A stretch of DNA of 58,164 nucleotides from Minisyncoccota bacterium (GTDB lineage: Bacteria > Patescibacteriota > Minisyncoccia > Phycocordibacterales > UBA9973), in the NCBI GenBank assembly GCA_025453495.1, contig JALOQM010000003.1, positions 1-58,164 of the forward strand, written 5' to 3'. Made by a program: the position numbers and the translations under genes. Position 1 is the stretch's first letter; every line of letters starts with the position of its first letter. Shown piece after piece: positions 18,345 through 25,986 of this stretch. A model generated the notes under the pieces. That model saw only the letters and a list, made by a program, of their open reading frames with translations, was not told the origin of the DNA and made no database searches.

Positions 18345-19424
18345 CTACTTGGACTTATCCTTTACCAGCTTCAGCAGGTCTTCTTCTCGCTCATATATAC
18401 GGAACCTGCCCGAGAGTATTCCGAGACGATAGTTGATTCCATCACTCATCAAACGCCAATTGGTCTCCTCAAGATTCTTCTTCAAGATACGAGCAAGCTT
18501 TGTTCTACTGTTGTATTCGTTACTCTCGGCAGGATCTTCAATCGTAAAGCCAATAGAAACAATTGATTCCATACTTGGCTGTTCAAAAATAAGATTTGAA
18601 TACGGCTCATCCTTTAGAGTGTCCACTACGAACTGCTTTAACTGTGGCACGGTCAGTTTCTTAAGGTTGTTTATTTTGTCATATTCTTCTTTGTGCTTTT
18701 CCTTTTCCTTCTGCTCGTCCATGAATTTAGCGATTCCCTCAAGATTCGCTTTCTCATCTAAATTTTTTCTTAGAGCTTCCCCTGAGAGACAGAAACGCTC
18801 CCTATCTTTTTCATAATCGGGATCTGGAATCTCTTCCTTATGAGAGATGTCCATTTCGTCTGTTTCAACATGACCGCATTTCCCACAAGTTTCCGTGGTG
18901 ATTATTTTCTTTTCATCAACTCTCTCGCTAGTACGCTGCATTTCTCCCTCACACTTTACGCAAATGTGGGGCTTGATCTTATATTCTTCTCCATTGTTAT
19001 AGAAAGCTCGATGCGGAACACACCCATTGGGACAGTCGTACATAAAAAGTATCCTGTCTGGCTTGTCACTTGACCCGTCCATGAATATCTTACTGCTTTC
19101 GGTAGTAAGACTTTGGCATTTGGAGCATCTAATAAGCTGAGGTGCCTGTGCACTTTCATAGAATTCGTCTTTCTTCGTATCTCGTGAAATCCATTCGCTG
19201 ATAGTCTTATCCTTGTCTTCCCACCATCTAACGGTGGCATACAAAAGATCGTAATGTAGAGCAATTTCTGACACTCCTTGATAGAACTTCTCGCTTACTT
19301 TCTCCGCAAGTTCTTCACTGGGTTTAGAGTTCTTATGGAAATTTTCTCGCCATCGGCAATCATTGACGGTTAGTCGATCATAAAGATCAACGTATTCCTG
19401 TTTTGATTTTAAATATTTACTCAT
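18345..19424 (-). CDS. Double Cys4 zinc-ribbon protein of unknown function (5th gene of the operon)
   Basis: C100-x2-C103...C131-x3-C135 and C155-x2-C158...C180-x2-C183. 8-nt overlap with the upstream methyltransferase gene. Confidence 0.6.
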   Translation of the reverse strand: MSKYLKSKQEYVDLYDRLTVNDCRWRENFHKNSKPSEELAEKVSEKFYQGVSEIALHYDLLYATVRWWEDKDKTISEWISRDTKKDEFYESAQAPQLIRCSKCQSLTTESSKIFMDGSSDKPDRILFMYDCPNGCVPHRAFYNNGEEYKIKPHICVKCEGEMQRTSERVDEKKIITTETCGKCGHVETDEMDISHKEEIPDPDYEKDRERFCLSGEALRKNLDEKANLEGIAKFMDEQKEKEKHKEEYDKINNLKKLTVPQLKQFVVDTLKDEPYSNLIFEQPSMESIVSIGFTIEDPAESNEYNSRTKLARILKKNLEETNWRLMSDGINYRLGILSGRFRIYEREEDLLKLVKDKSK

Positions 19425-21042
19425 CAGCAGAAACCTTGAGGCGACGATTAACGAGCTTAGAGTAAATATGATTTATATTCTTTATCTTCTTGTCAGACAG
19501 TTTTAGCTTCTCCTTAAGCACAACTTTATCTGTAAATTTTAGGATTTCTGCCAGAGGCTTCTTATTTCTTAGCATCTCGTCTAGCTTTTCAATGTCCTTA
19601 TCTTTGATCTTGAAATACGGCACTGATATGTTCTTAAACTCATTAGGCACCAATTCCAAAACTCCGCCACCATAGTATCTACCCTCCAGTTCTGTAAAGA
19701 TAAAAGTGAGACTATTGAAGAAACAGAAAGCGAGACTTTTTATATCAAAACCATCTTTCATTGAAATACGGTAGAAGGCATCCGTTATCATGATCTTTGC
19801 ACTATTCACTAAGATTCTAGGAAATAGATTACTTCGCTTAATGAATAAGCCTTCCGAAGCCCAAACGCTTGAAACATGGAACCAATTATTCCTAATTACA
19901 CACTTGTAGCCCGTGTGTACTTTTTTTTCTTCACCAGCTTTTATATACTCTCTTACTTTCTTCGGTAGAGATTCTCCGCCTTCGTCAGGCAAAGCAAGGA
20001 GGAATACTGGCTTTCCTTTTTTTTCTAAAACTGAAAAATCATTTTGAGTTATTGAAAGCGACTGAGGTATCAACGAGCTTTTCTGCAAGATCTTTTTGAC
20101 ATAAGGTTTTAATTCAAACTTATCGACCACAGACCTGTCTACAATAAAAAAGTTGTTTGCCGCAGTAACAATACCTACTTGGACTTTTGCGTAGTCCTTA
20201 ACAGCCTTAATATCTTTCTTGAAACTATCAAGAAAGTTTAGTTCGTCTTCTGAAAGGATATAGTTGGTCCACTTATCGAGCGTATCTCGATCTATGTTGG
20301 TATTACCCGGAATAAGATGAGGCTTCTTTAAATCAGTGAGTTTATTTGCTTGGAAAAATGATACCCCTTTTTGTTTTGAAGACTTTGTTCCAATTATGAT
20401 AATCACGTCTTGTTCAATACCATCAAAAACCAGCTCATTAAAAGCGAAGACTTCAATTTTATGAAGAGTTTTTCTAAGGTAATCTCTCAATTCCTTAGCG
20501 TAAGAAACTTGAAGCAATTCAGCTGGCAATACAAAAGATATGATTCCGTTCTCTGTAAGGGACTCTACTCCGCTTATCAGAAAAGCTGTCCAAATATTCT
20601 TTATCTTCTTATCAGAAAGATTTGCTTTTTGATGGATCTTTTCACAAAGTTCCAATTGTCTTTTGGTTAAGTGATTTTTCTTTATATACGGTGGATTACC
20701 AATGACCAAATCATATTTTTTTTGATTTGTTCTTTGAAACTCGAGGAAGTCCTGTAAATGGGATTCTAATTTGATCTTTTTATTTTTTGAGCCTTTAAAA
20801 AGACTTACGGCTTTTTCAAGTTCCTCCGAATCTCTTTCCACAATATCTAAAGCCGTGTCCGTCTTCTTACTAACCGCATTATTCAATAATGACTGAATAA
20901 AAATGCCATCTCCTACGCTTGGTTCTAATACGCTGATTTTCTTTGGAAGTTTATAGAATTTGGTATCAAAAATACGCTTGACTATAAAGTCGGACATTAT
21001 TTCGGGCGTATAGTATGATCCGTTTTCTTTTTGATTAATCAT
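19417..21042 (-). CDS. Gamma-class N6-adenine DNA methyltransferase (Eco57I/TaqI-like)
   Basis: GSYYTP; AdoMet motif VLEPSVGDGIF; catalytic VIGNPPYI. A long C-terminal region is the likely target-recognition domain. Confidence 0.85.
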   Translation of the reverse strand: MINQKENGSYYTPEIMSDFIVKRIFDTKFYKLPKKISVLEPSVGDGIFIQSLLNNAVSKKTDTALDIVERDSEELEKAVSLFKGSKNKKIKLESHLQDFLEFQRTNQKKYDLVIGNPPYIKKNHLTKRQLELCEKIHQKANLSDKKIKNIWTAFLISGVESLTENGIISFVLPAELLQVSYAKELRDYLRKTLHKIEVFAFNELVFDGIEQDVIIIIGTKSSKQKGVSFFQANKLTDLKKPHLIPGNTNIDRDTLDKWTNYILSEDELNFLDSFKKDIKAVKDYAKVQVGIVTAANNFFIVDRSVVDKFELKPYVKKILQKSSLIPQSLSITQNDFSVLEKKGKPVFLLALPDEGGESLPKKVREYIKAGEEKKVHTGYKCVIRNNWFHVSSVWASEGLFIKRSNLFPRILVNSAKIMITDAFYRISMKDGFDIKSLAFCFFNSLTFIFTELEGRYYGGGVLELVPNEFKNISVPYFKIKDKDIEKLDEMLRNKKPLAEILKFTDKVVLKEKLKLSDKKIKNINHIYSKLVNRRLKVSADE

Positions 21043-21692
21043 GAGCGCCTTCTTCTAACATCAGCTAATTCGTAAGCTGGGATCTTCTTCAGATCCATCA
21101 AATGTTTCGTTACTTTGGTATTTAAATCTGTAAGCTTTTTTATTAATTTTCCAGATGTTTTACCGCCCTTAGTCACAAGTTCGCCAATCAAAACGGCATG
21201 GTCAGCATTTAGTTTTTCAAATGCCTGTCTTAAAAAATATTCTTTCCTTTCTAGAATCAGCTGGGGTCGATTGAAATACAGTCTTTCAATCATGTACTTA
21301 GAGGCAACATAAGGACCAGATACAAGTCCTGTACTTTCGCTTACTTTAAAAAGTGTTGAGTAATCAACAGTGGACGGATCAGGATATGAACTAACAGAAT
21401 GCTTCTTTTTGGGTTCGCCAGGCCAATCATTGGCCTTGAAGCGATTACATATTGGACATGCGTAAAAAAGATTACTTAAGGAGTTTTCCAAATGTGCAAA
21501 TTCTGGTTTTGATTTAGGTCGATAGTGTTCAACATGGAATGCCTGAATACCCCCTAGTGCGTTTTCATGTACTGCACAGTAAACACATCGAAAGCCCCCT
21601 TCCTCTCGAAGAAACTCTTTTACTCTTGAATCACGGCAACCATAGGATTCAATTGTAGGATTTGCTGTTTTTTGTATTAATGACCATTTCAT
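21039..21692 (-). CDS. HNH endonuclease, PtuB/TIGR02646-like
   Basis: CVYC...FHVEHYRPKSK...NLFYACPICNRFK. ATGA overlaps with both neighbouring genes. Confidence 0.75.
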   Translation of the reverse strand: MKWSLIQKTANPTIESYGCRDSRVKEFLREEGGFRCVYCAVHENALGGIQAFHVEHYRPKSKPEFAHLENSLSNLFYACPICNRFKANDWPGEPKKKHSVSSYPDPSTVDYSTLFKVSESTGLVSGPYVASKYMIERLYFNRPQLILERKEYFLRQAFEKLNADHAVLIGELVTKGGKTSGKLIKKLTDLNTKVTKHLMDLKKIPAYELADVRRRRS

Positions 21693-22366
21693 TTTTTCTT
21701 TTTCTTCAAATGCTTTTTCGCTTCCTGTTGTGTCTTCTTTATCTCTTTGATCGTTTTCTCATATTCGTCTAACAATTCTTTTCTGCTGGATAGAGCTAAT
21801 GTGGTAACAGGAATTTCCAGATTCTGCTGGATAGCTTCCGCTCTTTTCTTTTGAGCATTCGTTGCTTTGCCTTGTGCGATCTTTTTGGAAATTACTGAAA
21901 GCTCAGAAAGTTCCTTTTCATTAAGATCTAAGAAGTTCTTATAGGTACGCAAAAATCTCTCAACATACTGACTAGCTTTTGACATGAATATGTCTCGCTC
22001 TACTACTTCATCAAAAAGTGCGAAATGCTCCTTAAGCGAAGGGTCAGCAGGATGAGAAGTAACTCCATATATGGGCATGTCCTTAAACTGCTTGCGAAGT
22101 ACTCCAACAAGATCGCTTCCTTTGTAATTTGCTGTTTGCCCGTCAGCATCAGGAACCTCACCTAGACGTTCATCTACAACCAGAACTCCAACCTGCTGTT
22201 TATTTACCCAGTCAGTGTAATCTTTCAGTTTTGGGAAGGGTGCTGATTTAAGAACTGACCATTCAGTTCCTATTTCCAAATTCGTGATTGCATCTTCAAT
22301 AGCACTTGTGACAAAGTTTCTTGCGTCGACGTTATCATCAATTACTGCGATTTTTACTTTTTTCAT
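21689..22366 (-). CDS. Stand-alone receiver (REC)-like protein with a K/E-rich coiled-coil tail
   Basis: KIAVIDDN acidic pair and a VGVLVVDE acceptor-like motif. No DNA-binding or enzymatic output domain is visible. Confidence 0.6.
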   Translation of the reverse strand: MKKVKIAVIDDNVDARNFVTSAIEDAITNLEIGTEWSVLKSAPFPKLKDYTDWVNKQQVGVLVVDERLGEVPDADGQTANYKGSDLVGVLRKQFKDMPIYGVTSHPADPSLKEHFALFDEVVERDIFMSKASQYVERFLRTYKNFLDLNEKELSELSVISKKIAQGKATNAQKKRAEAIQQNLEIPVTTLALSSRKELLDEYEKTIKEIKKTQQEAKKHLKKKKK

Positions 22367-22368
22367 AA

Positions 22369-24564
22369 TTAATTAGCAGGTAACCAAACACGGAAGCGCG
22401 CTCCTTTAAGTTTCTGATCTTTAGTCACCTCCTTATCACCGCCCAGCTCTTCTACAGTATTCTTTACAATGGTGAGACCGAGCCCAGTACCTTCTTCATT
22501 TCCTGTCTTGCCCTTTTTCGTAGTGAAAAGTGGCACCCAAATCATGTCAGCAATGCTTTTATCGACCCCTGGTCCGCTATCAGCAACCACAATCTCAAAA
22601 CCTTTTCTTGAACCCTGATTTTTCTCGTAAAGCTCAATACGAATTTTTCGATCCTTTCCAACCTGGCCACAAGCACTATAAGCATTGGTTAGGAGGTTAA
22701 GAACTATAGATTCGATATCCATCACAAAAACCTTTGCATCCACTTCTTTGAGTTCTTTTATCAAATCAATCTTGATTGCCTTGAAAGCACCTTCAACTTC
22801 AGCGATCACACTTTCAATTGCACTTTTCACACTAATCTTTTGACGAGTTCTTTTATCCTTGCGTACTCGAGCCATAGCGAATGCTCCCCATGAGGAAACC
22901 TGCTTCGCATAACCAAGTGAAGTCTCAAGCTGTTCCAAAGCCCTTTTAACGTTAGGCGACTTCAAAGAAAGTGATGACTGAGCTGCGGATACACCAGATC
23001 TAAAAAGAGAAACAGCAGTTTGTGTTTCGTGACCAAATACAGCGGCTGCTATACCCACCGTTGCAAGACCACTTAAAACACGATTGTTATCAAGCAACTC
23101 CTCAAATCTGCGTTTGGTCTCTTCGGTCTTTTTAATTACCTCTGCAATTTGTCCTACCGACTCTTTGCTTTCCTTTGTGTCCTTACTTCCTAATTTAGCC
23201 TGCAACTCTTCAAGATTCTTTTGCAGATTTTCGAGATCATCCCGATATGTATCAACCTCTTCGATCAATCCGGGCTTATTTTTCTTTTCCTCAGCCTTTT
23301 TATTCTTTACAGCTCCTTCGTGTCGGTGTTTTTCAATTAAAGTTACACAAGCGAGCGTTAATGCTCTTAGATCATAGAAAGCTTCACTTTCGATCAATCC
23401 CTCTCGAGAAGCACCGTCAATTAACTGAGGATTAGTATCTCTCCCAATGGCAACAGCACCCACCATTTGGTGGGAAGAAACCTTGTAGGTTTCTCTCGAG
23501 AGACCTGCTGGGTCTCTTTCTTTTCTCTGAGCAAGACCAAGCCAGTCACCTGACGGTTCGTTGTTATAACCATAAGGCTTTACGCTGATCTGGTCTCTGT
23601 ATATTTTTATACCGAGATTCTTATCTAGAAAGTTTCGTAGACCTTTGAGACTTAGTCCCTTTTCAGCCAGAAGAGGATTATTTTTTGTACGTCCGAAAAA
23701 GAGAATATCAATGGATACAGGACCGCAACTTAGTTTGTTATTGAAGCCGACATCGGTGTTAACTCTTTGAGAAAGCTTGTCCCAAGAGATTGTGTTCGGA
23801 TATGTTCGTGTCTTTGAATCGGTCTTCTCAATTATTTTATATTTTATTTGTTGTGACTTACCATCAAAGGTTGCTTGGAGGGCTATTTCAGAAGCTTCAT
23901 AATATGACGATCTTACGGAACCGTTTAGCTCCTCTAGTAAATGGTTAGTGAATTTAATTTCAAAATCCTTAACAGCCGAGAATGGAGAAATGAGGGCGGA
24001 AAGTTCGCTGTATACCTGTTCTATATCTGTCCTCAACCAATCCTGCCTTAAATCTGAAATCAAAATTTCAGTGCCAGAGTTTCTTGCAGATTTAGGAGTT
24101 GTTATCTTATCAGTATCAGCAATTGTGACAGGGATATCAGAGAGACTCTTACCGTCAACATTGAATTGCTCCCAATTAATTGAAAGCTTCAAGGGGTTTG
24201 TCTTTTCTGATTTTGTGTTGAGAACAAGCCTCTCACCAAGACGATCTGTGGAAAGTCGTCCGATACCTTTCTCACCAGTTTTTCTTCGCGACTTCTTACT
24301 AACCTTTTTTGATCGCTTCTCAGAATATCCAATACGCAACCAATTTTCCTCAAGTTGAGTTGCGGTCATTCCGATCCCGTTGTCGGCAACACGAATACCG
24401 TCCTTGTTTATTTCAACCTCAACAATAGTTGCATCTGCATCGTAACTGTTTTTAACAAGCTCAAGCAGTGCTGTTGTAGGGTTCTTTATGCTGTCTCGCC
24501 CAAGGTTAATAATCGTACGAGCATCGATACTAAAAGACTTTATTTTATGGTTTTCCTTGGGCAT
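22369..24564 (-). CDS. Fusion of a MORC/MutL-like GHKL ATPase with a histidine-kinase transmitter (DHp + CA)
   Basis: Module 1: ELVKNSYDA (35-43), DNGIGM (61-66), GEKGIGRLS (97-105). Coiled coil at about 415-500. His box FGHETQT (H512). Module 2: LLTNAYSA (623-630), DSGPGV (662-667), GTGLGL (692-697). No TM segments. Confidence 0.8.
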   Translation of the reverse strand: MPKENHKIKSFSIDARTIINLGRDSIKNPTTALLELVKNSYDADATIVEVEINKDGIRVADNGIGMTATQLEENWLRIGYSEKRSKKVSKKSRRKTGEKGIGRLSTDRLGERLVLNTKSEKTNPLKLSINWEQFNVDGKSLSDIPVTIADTDKITTPKSARNSGTEILISDLRQDWLRTDIEQVYSELSALISPFSAVKDFEIKFTNHLLEELNGSVRSSYYEASEIALQATFDGKSQQIKYKIIEKTDSKTRTYPNTISWDKLSQRVNTDVGFNNKLSCGPVSIDILFFGRTKNNPLLAEKGLSLKGLRNFLDKNLGIKIYRDQISVKPYGYNNEPSGDWLGLAQRKERDPAGLSRETYKVSSHQMVGAVAIGRDTNPQLIDGASREGLIESEAFYDLRALTLACVTLIEKHRHEGAVKNKKAEEKKNKPGLIEEVDTYRDDLENLQKNLEELQAKLGSKDTKESKESVGQIAEVIKKTEETKRRFEELLDNNRVLSGLATVGIAAAVFGHETQTAVSLFRSGVSAAQSSLSLKSPNVKRALEQLETSLGYAKQVSSWGAFAMARVRKDKRTRQKISVKSAIESVIAEVEGAFKAIKIDLIKELKEVDAKVFVMDIESIVLNLLTNAYSACGQVGKDRKIRIELYEKNQGSRKGFEIVVADSGPGVDKSIADMIWVPLFTTKKGKTGNEEGTGLGLTIVKNTVEELGGDKEVTKDQKLKGARFRVWLPAN

Positions 24565-24641
24565 ATTTGAAGTCTGAAGTATTCGGCTGAAGAATTTACC
24601 TCATCAACAAAATCTTACCATTTTAGGCGACATTTTGGAAC

Positions 24642-25076
24642 TTAATCAATAAGCCTATGAATGGCAACGCCGCTCAGGATTTTATGCTTTTTCAGACCGT
24701 TGCACTTCCTGCATGCCAGTGTCAGGTTGCGTGGATGATTAGAACCAAAACTTTGCGAGAGCACTTTTGCACCAGCGGTGCCTGTGAGCTTACGAAGCTC
24801 CTTGTTAAGGATGTTCGATGAGAGTGGAATGATGTGATCAGGCTCGAGACCATGTGATGGACTGCATTCGGGGTGAAGCCGTAATTGGCATTCGCCGTTG
24901 TACTTTTCAACGAGATCACGCAGGACATTCTTGCTGGTCTTATCGAACTCCCACCGCTTAATTGCAGGGTGACGAAAATCAAATAGATCAGAATATGCAA
25001 CGACTAGTTGATTCGTATCTCCGTTTGCAAGTAAGTGTGAGAAGAATTCCTGATCTTCAGGAAACTCAAACTGCAT
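24642..25076 (-). CDS. Small HNH endonuclease
   Basis: C...C...EPDHIIPLS...NLTLACRKCNGLKKHK. Confidence 0.75.
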   Translation of the reverse strand: MQFEFPEDQEFFSHLLANGDTNQLVVAYSDLFDFRHPAIKRWEFDKTSKNVLRDLVEKYNGECQLRLHPECSPSHGLEPDHIIPLSSNILNKELRKLTGTAGAKVLSQSFGSNHPRNLTLACRKCNGLKKHKILSGVAIHRLID

Positions 25077-25425
25077 TTGCGATGAGCGTGATGATAGCTA
25101 TCACCACGACCACTACAACGCAGATCATTATTTTCTCTCCTCGGGAATACTTTCGGGGAGGCTCTTTTTCGGCAAGTGCTTGTTCGAGAGTCTTGCCTTG
25201 TTCAGCCAGAACTTTCTGTCCAATTGGCGAATCGAGCGGAATGAGGTTAGTCGAACCACACTTCTTGCACGTCTTATATCGTGAAAACGAACGCCAGATG
25301 GAATATATGATTCCTGGAATAATAAAGCAGAGCCAGAGAACGAGCTCAATGAGACCGTTCCCTTTGATGGCAGTTTTCGAACTGCCGATATGTCCGCAAG
25401 CGGAGCATATAAGTTTTTGTGACAT
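25066..25425 (-). CDS. Small membrane protein with a split zinc ribbon
   Basis: CSAC...TM hairpin...CKKC, plus a C-terminal TM helix (ICVVVVVVIAIITLI). 11-nt overlap with the HNH gene. Confidence 0.55.
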   Translation of the reverse strand: MSQKLICSACGHIGSSKTAIKGNGLIELVLWLCFIIPGIIYSIWRSFSRYKTCKKCGSTNLIPLDSPIGQKVLAEQGKTLEQALAEKEPPRKYSRGEKIMICVVVVVVIAIITLIANAV

Positions 25426-25430
25426 GTTTT

Positions 25431-25575
25431 TGTTGATCGCGTTTTCTAATAAAACTCGATGTTCGGGTACACAAAAACCCGGACACCAAGGTGAGCCTTG
25501 CGGCCCCTACGTAAGTTTCCCTACGCAACGCGATCAACGCCCCTGATGCCGGGGTTTTTATGTTGATCGCGTTTT
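25431..25575. repeat. Three copies of the GATC-containing 12-mer GTTGATCGCGTT (two direct, one inverted); operator-like
   Basis: Copies at 25432-25443 (+), 25527-25538 (inverted) and 25562-25573 (+). Copies 1 and 3 share the 15-mer TGTTGATCGCGTTTT. Copy 1 begins 7 nt upstream of the minus-strand start codon at 25425. Confidence 0.6.
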
Positions 25576-25738
25576 TGACCATACCTTAAGGACGAATCTC
25601 TAAGGGTTAGGTCTGCATATTCAGTTGTGTAAGTACATGATACCAAAATCAGTACCCTTTGGCACCCTATCGCACTTCGGGGGTTCTGCGAAGCCTCCAG
25701 ACTATGGACAAATTAATCCATATGTTTCCCACTCTCGA

Positions 25739-25827
25739 GATATCCACAAGCGACTTTCTGGCTTCAATTTACAACCCTGACATCCACAAGATTGCTACTG
25801 TGAATCTCAAGAAAAGTTCAATTTACA
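25739..25827. repeat. Iteron-like short direct repeats
   Basis: GAYATCCACAAG at 25739 and 25779. TTCAATTTACA at 25763 and 25817. Confidence 0.45.
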
Positions 25828-25986
25828 GTACTTACAAAATTCTCGAAAAATGAGATGGTTTTTGCGATTGCCAGAGTAAATCAGGTTGCTAGACTTCAAG
25901 TACCGAACGAGGAACTTCGAACACTTCTCTATAGGATCCCTAGACTGACACCTAAATTGTTTTAATCAAATAATTTTTTGTTACCT

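Noticed and set aside
21689-24564. Interpreting the kinase and receiver as an ordinary housekeeping two-component system.
   Set aside because: There is no membrane or periplasmic sensor and no DNA-binding output domain. There are 2-4-nt couplings to HNH and methyltransferase genes. The location is inside a foreign-composition island between other R-M modules.
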